From Octopus sinensis (lineage: Eukaryota), in the NCBI RefSeq assembly GCF_006345805.1, contig NC_043004.1, forward strand, positions 44,950,001 to 45,014,000: a DNA stretch of 64,000 bases, given 5' to 3'. Numbering within the stretch: the stretch's first letter is position 1; every line of letters begins with the position of its first letter. Below are positions 1 to 12,263 of this stretch, in pieces. A program made the position numbers and the translations under genes. The notes beneath the pieces are model-generated. The model was given only the letters and a program-made list of their open reading frames with translations, had not been told where the DNA came from and ran no database searches.

Positions 1-702
1 TTGTCATGCATACAGCTAGTCTTTGAACAGTGAATATTTAAACAAGTTCATCATAACAGCCACGTTTAACTCCACTTGCATGGTGTGCAAACATCATCCC
101 TGCAGTTTATGGATTGTTTTGTGATAATAGCAGCCACTGCGTTCCAAAATTCCATCATGCAAAACACACACACATACCCTCTCTCTGCCTTTCTCTTTAG
201 AAAAGATTTTTTTCCTAAAGAATCTGGAAGACGTGCTTGGCTTATAAAATAATAAAGCAGAAGCAGTATCATTCATGTTGTCAATCACATTTCACTCATT
301 TTCCAAAAAAAAAAAAAAAAAAAGAAAAAAGAAATAAAAACAGAATAAGAGAAACAAATTATACATATATCAAAGTTCTGCAATTCCTCACTATGACCAC
401 CTCCACAGTAACAAAAAAAAAAGAACAAAAGTACCTTGTAACACAAATGACTACTAAACCATTCTGTTGATGATGAATGGCAGTAGTGATGATAATGATG
501 ATGATTTGTAAAGTTGGCATAAATCTTGGAATTAATTAGACAAGAAAATAGGAGGCTGTAACAGTCATGCCCCTTTACCAAAGGTTTTATTCACAAAATT
601 GAACGTCATGTGATTATTTGTACTTTCAAGCTTTTTGTTCAAGGAAAAGGAGACTGCTTCTGGCCCTTCTTTGGGTTTCCAATACTAGGCATGAAGAGAG
701 AT

Positions 703-821
703 TATTTACATTATTTACAATTGACGGATATTTGTCCTCATCTTGTTTTGGCTGATATACCCTCCAGCCTTCAGCAGGTGTCTTGGGGAAATTTCGAACC
801 TGGGTAAGGTATTTTTCGGTG

Positions 822-870
<49 letters not shown>

Positions 871-1104
871 AGTCACTGCCTGGAAATAAACTTGGGATCT
901 TGGGGTTAGTAGCCCACGCTCTTAACCACTACGCCATGTGCCTGTTGTGGTTAAGAGCGCTGGCTACTAACCCCGAGATTCTGAGTTCAATTCCAAGCAG
1001 TGACCTGAATAATAATAATAATAACAAACAAGATGAGGACAAATATCCGTCAAATGTAAATAAAGTAAATAATGTGCATAATTCCTCATCTCTTAACTAC
1101 AGAA
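703..1104. mobile_element. Palindromic (head-to-head) tRNA-headed retroposon with Penelope-like hammerhead remnant
   Basis: tRNA-like heads in inverted orientation at 869-942 (minus) and 947-1008 (plus), each followed outward by (ATT)n/(AAT)n. Outer arms also match as inverted copies (gacggatatttgtcctcatcttgttt ~723-748 vs aaacaagatgaggacaaatatccgtc ~1026-1051). The 12-bp direct repeat atgaagagagat flanks it at 691-702 and 1105-1116. Confidence 0.75.
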
Positions 1105-1252
1105 ATGAAGAGAGATATTCTTAAACCAGAGATCTGGCCTGAATGCTTGCAAGAGAGTGGACTCTGCTAAAGACATCCAAGTGCTAAGATGGTGGTGTTA
1201 AATCGGGTGACAGACTGTGTCTTCTTCCTGTAATAATATTTAAACTTAGAAG

Positions 1253-1468
1253 GAGGCGAGCTGGCAGAAACATTAGCATGCTGGGCGAAATGCTTAGTGG
1301 TATTTTGTCTGTCTTTACATTCTGAGTTCAAATTCCGCCGAGGTTAACTTTGCCTTTCATCCTTTTGGGGTCGATAAATTAAGTACCAGTTGTGTACTGG
1401 AGTTGATCTAATCCACTGGCCCCTGCCCCCAAAATTCCGGGCCTTGTGCCTTGAGTAGAAAAGAATAT
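1253..1468 (+). mobile_element. tRNA-derived SINE family A (central gcctttcatccttt..gggtcgataaattaagtaccagt domain)
   Basis: Head ggcgagctggcagaaac with B-box-like gagttcaaattcc. Related copies at about 6870-7075, 9740-9880(-), 26915-27110, 32400-32620(-), 38000-38280(-), 39593-39818, 52170-52590, 53180-53355, 55440-55635 and 55920-56115. Confidence 0.85.
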
Positions 1469-1614
1469 TTGAACTTAGAATACAAAGAGCAGGAACGAAT
1501 ACCATAAAGAACTAAGTCCAATGTTTTTTTACAGTTCCACCAGACCTGCATTCAAACAGACCTGTGATGAAAAGTGTTCCAGCCATGGCACTCCTGACTT
1601 ATATTTACACACCA

Positions 1615-1791
1615 CAGAGTCTGCCAGAAAAATGTATACACACTTCAGGAGAGGAAAAATATTTTAATTCAGTGTTATCACACTTTGATAAAACATCTAA
1701 AGGGGTATTTATAGAGGTACTTTTACAAGTTGAATATTTATACAGATTTTTCCTTTCCTGAAGTGTGTATACATTTTTTTGGCAGACCCTG
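1615..1791. mobile_element. Tc1/mariner-like MITE (~177 bp, ~45-bp TIRs)
   Basis: Left end cagagtctgccagaaaaatgtatacacacttcaggagaggaaaaat. The right end reverse-complements to cagggtctgccaaaaaaatgtatacacacttcaggaaaggaaaaat. TA follows the right end; the left TA has decayed to CA. Confidence 0.75.
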
Positions 1792-3932
1792 TATATATCT
1801 CACCGCATTATGAAATATGTCCTTCCTTCTTTTGTTGCAGATCATTATTTCTTTGGAAAGCCATTTTTATTCATTTTAAATATTACTGTCATCATCATTA
1901 TTGTTGTTGATTTTAACCTCCACTTTTTCTTGCTTGCATGAGTCAGATGGAATTCATTGAGATGGATTTTTTAAAGCCAAATGCCCTTCCTGTTGCTAAC
2001 TGTCTCTTTTTTCCAAGCAAGTAATATTTCCCTATGAACAGATATGTTTTCAAGTAAGATTAAAAATTAAAGGCACCATTGCATGGTAGTAATGCTCATT
2101 TACAATCATTGTGTAATGTAAAGATGAAGAGACACAAATGCACGCATGCACACACACGTGTACAACAGGCATCTTTCCATTTCTGTCTACCAAATCTACT
2201 CACAGCTTTGGTTGACCTGGGGCTCTTGTACATGACATTTGCTCACAGTGCAATACATGGAATTGATCTCAAAACTATCTAATTGGGAAGCAAATTTCCT
2301 AACCACACAGTCATCATACCTGCTCGTATTTGTATAATATAGCTTCTCAGAAAATAGGTAAGTGATAGTGCTATGCCTTGTGCATTGGTTATTTATACAG
2401 GTAGCATCACTGCTGTCCATGTTCAATATATTAAACACAGAAACTAAAACAAGATCAACCCCAGTACACAACTGGTACTAAAACAAGATCTTAATGGAAA
2501 TATGATGCTGAAATGCTCATTTATTTCTTCATTTGTGATATTCATTTTTTTTTTAATGCTGGCATCAATTGAACTGACACTGACTACTGAGGCATTATTT
2601 TACAGCTTGAACCTTTCCTGTAAATAAACCTTACCCCTTTTTTTTTTTTCACGTAAGGGATCTTTTAATTATATTTGATTTGTCTTTGAAAATAGATGTC
2701 TTGCAAACAACTTGCACATGCAAGAGCGACCAGTCAAAAACTCTGTATACTGGAAGCCAGCAAGTGTATGGGGTCATCGGGAGAGAATGCACGCCGTTTC
2801 AGGGCCTACCTCTCGACGGCATCAATGCGCACCAGTCCCCCCCCCTCACTGATATGAGGACCCGCTTGCTAGATCAGCTGGTTATCAAATAAAGCTCAAT
2901 ATCCTTCTAGCCATCGCTCATCGTCTCTTTTTAACCAAATCCAGTGGCTAGCCTTCTCCACTGTAGACTGGATATCGGTCATGGTGGTATTGACTTTTAA
3001 AAGTACAGGATGACATTTTTTTAAATGCTTTGTACTGCAGGAATCAGATATATCCACTCAAAATATCATTAGCCATAACTGTGGAAAACTGTTTTATATA
3101 CTTGTTTATCTTTTGTTGAGGAATATCATGTTTAAAACTATTTTTTGTTGATATATGTTAACTGAAGCAACATGTCTTGCATAAAATTCTAATTTTACAT
3201 TTTGCCAGGTATTTAACATCATCACGGGAAATAAACATGAAATTTAATTTCACAGTTAGAGGGTTTGCAAGACATGTCAATGTAACATCAGCATTTTGTT
3301 GAAATGGTTTCATGTGAAGACCCACAATGTAAATATTCACACACACACACACACATGTGGACAGACTACCAATTCTACTGACAAGGCATTGGACTGAGGT
3401 TATAAATAGAAGAAACTTGCTTAAGGTGCTATGTAGTGAGATAGAACTCGAAATCTCATCATTACAAAGTGAAGTCCATAGCCATAAGACATCTTACAGA
3501 TTTTATTTGCTCAACTGAAATGAACAAACTCTCTTCTCCATGTCCTTATAGAGCTTCATACATCTCCAATTCTATATATTTATGTATTCATAACCCATAC
3601 TGTGTTGGCACTACAGAAAGAGTCAGACCATCAACTTGCCTTCTTTAAGCAGCCATAAATGAAAAATGCTTCACCTTGCTTCATGAGGAATCTCTACCTT
3701 TTATTAATTTTGGTTGGTCCTCAGTTTTCTGTTGTTTATCTTTTTGCCAATAATACCAATGAGTGGTTTTGTCATGTAATAGGATACAGATGGTTCTAAA
3801 CCATATCATCAAATCACAACATCTGGTGTTCACCAGGCAATGTGTTTTGCATGGTAGAATGTTGTTTGCATTTTAAATAAATAGCTTTTACTACATTGGT
3901 TGGGCCACTTGAAAGGAAAGGTTAAAGTAAAT

Positions 3933-4320
3933 AGGCGCAGGAGTGGCTGTGTGGTAAGTAGCTTGTTTACAAACCACATGGTTCCGGGTTCAGTCCCACT
4001 GCGTGGCACCTTGGGCAAGTGTCTTCTACTATAGCCTCGGGCCGACCAAAGCCTTGTGAGTGGATTTGGTAAACGGAAACTGAAATATGTATATATATAT
4101 ATGTGTGTGTATATGTTTGTGTGTCTGTGTTTGTCCCCCTAGCATTGCTTGACAACTGATGCTGATGTGTTTATGTCCCCGTTAATTAGCGGTTCGGCAA
4201 AAGAGACCAATAGAATAAGTACTGGGCTTACAAAAGAATAAGTCCCGGGGTCGAGTTGCTCGATTAAAGGTTGTGCTCCAGCATGGCCACAGTCAAATGA
4301 CTGAAACAAGTAAAAGAGTA
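3933..4320 (+). mobile_element. tRNA-derived CORE-type SINE family B (OR2-like)
   Basis: A-box-like tggctgtgtggtaag, B-box-like ggttcagtccc, then caccttgggcaagtgtctt resembling the CORE domain. Copies at about 2160-2320(-), 6070-6430, 19240-19345, 20700-20830, 30510-30845(-), 32840-33200, 35490-35880(-), 41190-41350(-), 47580-47720(-), 50835-50990, 54670-54830(-), 59820-59965(-) and 62320-62510(-). The family name is from recall, not a database search. Confidence 0.8.
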
Positions 4321-5512
4321 AATCTTGATGGCATTTACCCCAGTCAATTCAGTCTTCTTTCAAAAAAAACAAAAAAAACAAAAAAAAAAAGAAATGGGGC
4401 CTAATTTTAATGTGAGACTAAGTATATTCAGATATCAGAGAATCCCTGTTTATTCATGGTATCATACTGTGTTTTCTGGCATACAAGTCCCCATAATATG
4501 TAGCATAAACATGTAGTGTAAACATTCATACAGCGTCATTATTGTTCCAAATCTTGCTGCATTTCACATGGAATTTTTGGTCCTTTAAAGGTATCTTGTG
4601 TATAAGTCAGTATAACCGTTTTGGGTGTAAATTTTGGTTAGAAAAATTTGATTTGTACACTGAAAAGTATAGCCCTCGGTTTACTAAGAACTGACTCAGT
4701 ACCACCAAATGTGACTTCATTCAAAAACAACGAAAATTACGAGTAGGTCACATTGAAAGAAAAAAAAAATGAAAGAAATACAAACAAAAATACCTTCCCT
4801 TGCTCCTAAATATAAAAAAAAAAAACAAAATAAAAATACATAGGCACATGTCAAACATGCACAGTTACATATACACATAGATTATCTGTATTACATGCAT
4901 TACTACATATTTGCAGTGAATTAGATGTATAAAACAAACAAAACCCAAAGAGAGTGCTCACATTTCTCCATAGCTATTTATACACACACTCACATATATA
5001 TATGTGTATATATGATGATGATATATATATATATACGCATCTGTTCCATGGGGATAGTAGATAAGTCAAGTGCATTACGTTTAGTAACATCTATTATTAG
5101 CGTGGCTAGGTATTCCTCATTATTATTACTATTATTATTATTATTATTATTGTTTCATTAGTCTTACTTTTGTTGAGTGCATTTCACTACACAAGTGAGT
5201 GCAGGTCTGTGTGTCTAGGGTACATGCAGTGTTTATTTTTCATTTACTGTATTGATTATTATTATTATCATTATTATTATTATTATTATTGAATGAAGTA
5301 AACATTTCTGTTGCTAGGTAGTTCTCCTATAATATCTCTCTTTCAAATTATTGTCTCTGTGACATTAACACAATATAATTAGGGTGATACTAATATATAT
5401 ATATATATAGTCCTTATGATTTAATGTCCTTGTTCCATGCCAGCATTAGATTGGACAAATGCTTATGTATTTGTGTGTGTATCTATCTAACTATCTATAT
5501 CTTATATATATA

Positions 5513-5568
<56 letters not shown>

Positions 5569-8500
5569 TGCATCAGGATGAATAGCAAGAGAAGAGGTAT
5601 GTGATTACTTTCATTAAGTGACAGCTGTTTATGCAATAAAGGACTGTGTACCTAGAGTTGAGTATGAGCACAACATCTTATTGCTTCCTCAAATCCTTTT
5701 GAAGTATTTGTATACTGCAAAGTATATTGAGTTCTAAGAAACGGTTATTGGACTCGGGGTATAAAAGTTTATGTCTGTGTGTGCGTGTGTATATATATAT
5801 ATATATATTATATATATATATATATATACATATACACATATGCATATATATATATATATATAAATATACATATACACATATGCATATGTGTATATATATG
5901 CTGGAGAAATATTTTCTTTGACAAGAGATGAGATAGAAGAGAGTGATAGATAGGATACACCCGGGCCTCTAGAACAGCCATGAATGAATTATAAAGATGA
6001 TCACGTGAGGGAAAGAAAGATGCATGATGGTCATGCATGAGTAACAAGAGAGACCTATATATCCTCTGGACTCAGTGATATGGTTCTGGGTTCAGTCACA
6101 CTGTGTGGCACCTTGAGCAAGTGTCTTCTACTGTAACATGAGGCCAACCAATGCCTTGTGAATGGATTTGGTAGATGGAAACTGAAAAGAAGCCCACTGT
6201 ATGTATATATACGTGTGTGTGTGTTCGTGTCTGTGCTTGTCCCTGGTATCACTACTTGACCACTGGTGTTTGTGTGTTTATGTCCCTGTAACCTAGCAGT
6301 TCTGCAAAAGAGACCAGATAGAATGAGTACTAGGCTCAAAAAATAAGTCCTGGGGCTGGCTTATTTGATTTAAACCCCTTCAAGTTGGTGTTTCACTATG
6401 GCCGCAGTCAAATAACTGAAACCCAGAAAAGAATATGCATCTGTGTGGTCAAGAGGTTAGCTTCATATCCATGTGGTAGACGTTTGGTCAAACTGCACGA
6501 ATAGTGTGGATGGTGTCCTTTGCCAATGCTTTTGGTTGACCAATATACACTACAAGTAAAATTTGGTTGAGAGAAACTGGAAGGAGGCCATTGCATATAA
6601 ATAAATATGTGCACCATTCATAAAAAATGTGTTTGTCTGCAGATCTCCACGGAAGTATATCAGAACTGTTCATTGTTTGAGAAACCTTGTGGGCTGGTAC
6701 CAAGAACGACTTCCAGTTACGAAAAATCCTGTTTCACTGAAGCCTTCTCTAGCATATGTATTCATGCTAGATGTTAAAATGATCACACACACACACACAC
6801 ATTCGACAGGGTGATGGATTGATGAAGTTATAAAAATGTTAATGAAATATTTTGTGATACTTATTTATTGCATAAGGTGGCGACCTTGGTAGAATTGTCA
6901 ACATGTTGGGCAAAATGCTTTGTGGCATTTCATCTGTCATTACTGTCTGAGTTCAAATTCAGGCAAGTTCGACTTTCTTTCATCTTTTGTGTGTTGACAA
7001 AATGAGTACCAGTCAAGTACTGGGGTGGATGTGATCAACCAACCCCCTCCCTCCAACATTTCAGGCATATAGTAGAATGGATACTTATTTATTGCTCTTT
7101 ATATAAACTAAAATCCTCCAAAGGTCAACTTAGCTGTTCATCTTCCTGGTGCTGATAAAATAAACACCAGTTAAATACTGAAGGTAGTGAGATTGACTCG
7201 TCTCTCCATCCAAATTTGTAGGCTCCTTTCTGTAGCTGATCTGCTTTGGGATCACCATCCCATTTCTTCCTTGTACTTCCTCTTGCTCAGATTCCTTCCA
7301 TTGGACTACTTGTCACTTCTTCACTCAGCTACCACATACATCATGTCTACCCCCAAATAGTCTTCTTTCTTGCATGCTACATCCGATTACTCTTATACCC
7401 AACTTTCCTCTCAGCTCCTCTCTGTGCTCTGCCATTTATTTGCACTAACACTAAGCATCCACTGGGGCATGTTTGCTTTATTTCTTTTTATTGTGTGCGC
7501 ATATTACCCATTCTGTGTCCATGTTTTTCTACTATACAACATTATGCTTTGTACTCAAGTATCATACAATTTGTCCTTCACTTGGAAAGCGAATCCTTTT
7601 GATGCCAGCTGAGGTAATAACTCTTTGAACTTTCTCCTCCCTGTTCTTGCTCTGGCTGCTATGCATTCAAAGCATTCACCTCCACCGTTGTTTAGGTCAC
7701 CTAGCTAATGGAAGTTATATAATAACCTCTATCATATGTCTCTCTCTTTCTGTCTATCTCTCTCTCTCACCCATCTATCCACATTTATCCTTCTTTCACT
7801 GAATCAGTCAGGTCAACCTGTCGCCAATCAGCTACAAGCCATGAATCGTTCTGTTCATCACTATAATCGTCAACCATTCTTCACCAGCAGTTATCAATCC
7901 AATCCATCTATGCATTATCACAAGCCAGTTACAGTCAGCCATACAAAATGCTATAATCCCTGACATGCTTGCATCCTTATGCGCTCGCACTTAATACACA
8001 TGCGCATACACAGGATCCTATATGCACAAATTTATACACTTCTCTTATTTCTTTCTGTCATCATAATCCAGTTTTGATTTCTTCTTTGAAGAATCAATCT
8101 CCCACACTACTGTGAACTGTCCTGTGCATGTGATGGGGAAAGGGATGAGATGAAGTGGAGGTCTTTTGCTATCTGTCTTCAACTGCTTTCTCATATGACT
8201 GTCTGTCTGTCTATCTCTCCCTCTTCTTCTCACTATAGCTTGCCAAATGTATGTCTGCCCTCCTGCCTCCTTCTCTATCATTTTCTCTTGTTCTTAGCTT
8301 TACTCTGTTCACCTATTTTATCTATCCCTGTTCCACCACTTCTCCCACTTCCGGCTATTCTTGAACTTTCAAATAACATCAACCACCTCTTTTTCTTCCT
8401 TCCCTCCTCATCACATTCATTCATTCTTTCATTCATTCATTCATTCAGTCGCTTATCTATCAGGAGATTTTAACACAGAACAATGAAGCTGTTGTATATA

Positions 8501-10089
8501 CAGCGAAACATAAATAACTCTATGTGTTTGTGTGTATTTATGGGAGCCATTTGTGAGAAATTCCCTTACTTCATTATTGTCTCTGTAAAGGAAAAAAGGA
8601 TTCATTCCACTATAGTCTGAGTAGCTATTATTGATACTAGATATTATAATAGTTGGTACTACAACTAGTTGTGTAATCACTGCTAGAAATAGCTACTAAA
8701 TCTTCCTTGAATCTAACACCCTACTTGTATTGAGAAACTAAGCTCACACTGCATTACATAGTTGTAAGATCTCTTTAAGAAGGGTCATGTTTAGAACAAT
8801 TTTCATTATTGATCAGCTTTTCCAGAGCTGATCTACAGCTAAACATTAACTGATATAATTGTTTTTATGTCTACTTTTCCTTGCTTGTATGACTTCTTGT
8901 GTGGGGAAACAGATTAGCAATGCAGTGAAGTGTTTACTGGTTCTTAATAAATATTGACTTTGCCCTGTGATTTGAGTACTTTTCCTTTCATTTGTGAACA
9001 AAATATATAATTTTGTCTTAATGTTTTTTACGTAAGCCTTCTACACCCCATGGAACATAGCCCATTGACAACTATTTTCTCCACACCTTGATAGTTTGAA
9101 TTGTTACCGAAGCTACTGTAACTCCCTTTTTCTTCAAGGTAGGAAAATTGGCTCTACGCACATACACACTTGTCCATGTTCATGTGTACACATCTCTAAG
9201 AAAAGGTAGTTCACATTTGCCTATCGTCTACCCTTTGACTTGACCAGTATGGGAGGCACTATCAGGAGCTTGTGCACCACTGGCATAGCTCTCAGGGTCA
9301 TAGAGGAACACAAGCTACTCCACTGCAACAAGGAATGGACTATGTAGTGGATATATTTCATAAGACAATGGATCCCCACCCAGCACAATTTGCTAAATTA
9401 TCTTGAACTTTTTTAATAATGTGGCTTGCTTGATTATGGGTCATGTCTCATGTGACCTGCTTCTCAAAAAAGGTTACTCATGCTTATCTCAAATGTTCCT
9501 TACCAATGTGCAGAACTTAGTAAGATTTTGTTCTTGGATGAAAAAGTAGCAATTACCTATATACGGAAGTCTCTTTTTTCCATGTCACAGACATTGTCCG
9601 AGGTCAAGGTCAAGGGTCAGTAAAGTTTCATACCAATGTTGTCATAGTCCTTGCTATCAGAATGCAATGTGTCAGGACACATACTTCAAGGTGGTACCAT
9701 CTGCTGATCTAGCAATTTTACCAGTTTGTAACAACTCTGGACGAGTGTGTGTATATTTATCAATCCTGAAATGTGGAAGTATGAAGTTGACCTTGGTAGA
9801 ATTTGAACTCAGGGCATAGAGAGCCCAAAAAATACTGGAAGGCATTCTGTCAAACATTTGAACAACTCTGCCAGTTTACTACCCTAAAACACATACATAC
9901 TCACCCACACATACAATGTAAGTAATGTGTGTGTGTGTGTGTGTAATGTAAATATGCTATGCACATGTATGAGTATGTATGTTAATGTAAATATGCAGGT
10001 ATATGCATGTGTGCAGGAATATATGTCCATCCATCCATCTTTCTGTTTATGTGTGTATATGTATATACATACATATAAACATATATATA

Positions 10090-10153
<64 letters not shown>

Positions 10154-10859
10154 TACATATATAGAAGGTAAATATTCATGTATGTATGTGTATGTAAATA
10201 TTTAAGTGATACACACACATATAGTGTATGAATGTATACACATATATATGCCTACACGTGCACTCTCACACACACCAACACATACATATTTTTGTATATT
10301 TTTGTTTATGTATGGGTACATACGCATATATATGCATACACGCTCTCTGTCTGTCCGCCTGTCTGTCTCTTTGTATTAATTGTGACCAATGTAGCTGACC
10401 CCACCGAGCTCTGCTTGCAGACACAGTGATAGCGAGCGTCTGGTTTGGAAGGTGCAAGGTGACCATAAATTACCATAAGGTCACGGAGGTCAAATGATTG
10501 CCAGTAAATCTACCATTTACTAGTTTACATTTGGAGATCCTGGCTGCTTCCAGACTGGACAGAAGACTGTAAATATGGATGACATATGAGAATTGTTCAT
10601 CTGCAGAAACAATAGGAGAGAGTGGTGTAGGGGAGAGATATCAGCGAATTATTAACAAAAGAAAGGGCGGGGAAGCAGTAAAAGTTATTGATCTCTTTTA
10701 CATTAAGCAAGTTAGACCTCCTTCACTGCAAACTAATTTCTTGTATTTAGTATGCTGAGCAACCAGTCCCCCAACCCCTGTGGTATTTCTTCCTACGTCT
10801 GTATTGTTAATATTCATAATCAGTGACACTATATTCTCTCTATGTGTGTGCATCAATAC

Positions 10860-10970
10860 ACACACACACACCCTTACACACACACACACATACACACACA
10901 TGTATATATATGTATATATATATATATACACACATATATATACGTATAAATATATATATATTTATATATG

Positions 10971-11011
<41 letters not shown>

Positions 11012-11047
11012 GATATAAATATATATATATACACATAATATATATAT

Positions 11048-11097
<50 letters not shown>

Positions 11098-11120
11098 ATA
11101 TATGTATGTATGTATATACA
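10860..11120. repeat. Compound (CA)n/(TA)n/(TATG)n microsatellite
   Basis: Directly visible low-complexity tract; it explains the overlapping YIYI/THTH ORFs. Confidence 0.95.
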
Positions 11121-11789
11121 TATGCTGTTGTGGCTGGGGAGAGTCATTTTCTTTTTTTACCTTATAATCTAACACACTCACTGGTAAAATTTCCACTTTT
11201 TTTCCTATTTTTATTTTCCTAAAATTTTCGTTGTGTCTTGCAACCTTTTCAATAGTTTTGAGAGTCAAAACCATTGAAAAGGGTGATAAGATAAGTACTT
11301 GTCAAATGCTGGGGTTCCTGTATTCGGCTTATCCCCTTCCACTGACATTGCTGGCTATATGCCAAAATTTGAAACCAGTATATTATGCAAGCTTAAAACA
11401 TACATATACACACACACACACACATGTCGACTTGCTTTCGTATTATGTGATAGTTGTGGGTGGCCTTTGTTTCAAATCTTTTGTGAAAAGATGCCCTTTC
11501 ATAGGGAAATATTAGGTTGCTTGGAAACAGTTGAGGGTTTACCTCTAACTTAACTATTGTTTTTCCTGTTATGGTGTCTGAGTAATTAAGCTCGGTGTTT
11601 TATAAACTCAGTGTATGCAAATGAAATGACATTAAATTAAAATAACCATCTGTGTATTATAATTAGCATATATCCACCAGTGAAAGGAACGATGGAAACA
11701 CTACTGGGACACTGATTTTTCAGATTTTTGTATGCTAGGCTACTGGTTTTAAATTGATATTAATTAAATTAATATTCAATTTATCTCCC

Positions 11790-11816
11790 TCATTATTTAT
11801 ATGTATATATGTATGT

Positions 11817-11850
<34 letters not shown>

Positions 11851-11891
11851 ATATATATATGTATATATATATATGTGTGTATATATATGTT

Positions 11892-11922
<31 letters not shown>

Positions 11923-12042
11923 ATATATATGTTTATATATATATATATGTATGTATATATATATATATGTATGTATATATATATGTATGTGTGTATATAT
12001 ATATGTATGTATATATATATGTGTATATATATGTGTGTGTAT

Positions 12043-12129
<87 letters not shown>

Positions 12130-12130
12130 C
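11790..12130. repeat. (TA)n/(TATG)n microsatellite
   Basis: Directly visible ~340-bp tract. Confidence 0.95.
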
Positions 12131-12221
12131 TAATGTAGGATAAAAATTTTTTGGGGCAAAAAATTTTATCAATGGCCAGCATATCAAAAATACCTTTAAA
12201 GGTTAAATTTATAAAGGTTAA

Positions 12222-12263
<42 letters not shown>

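Noticed and set aside
178-524. Two minus-strand 3n exon candidates (178-240, 63 nt; 435-524, 90 nt)
   Set aside because: Both rely on weak AAG acceptors and give no recognisable peptide; they cannot be supported without RNA data.
869-1008. Functional tRNA genes
   Set aside because: A/B-box-like motifs are present, but there is no intact acceptor stem, the right copy is 5'-truncated, and both run into element tails. They are SINE-type heads.
5162-5194. 33-nt plus-strand exon candidate (cattag|...|gtgagt)
   Set aside because: The upstream tract is an (ATT)n microsatellite and the peptide is unrecognisable.
9120-9145. Recursive-site-like ctccctttttcttcaag|gtagga
   Set aside because: AAG acceptor and a suboptimal donor; such matches are expected by chance in AT-rich DNA.
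9598-9620. Nuclear-receptor direct repeat AGGTCA-AGGTCA-A-GGGTCA
   Set aside because: Similar aggtcaaggtca motifs are common inside molluscan non-autonomous elements, and nothing here supports a regulatory role.
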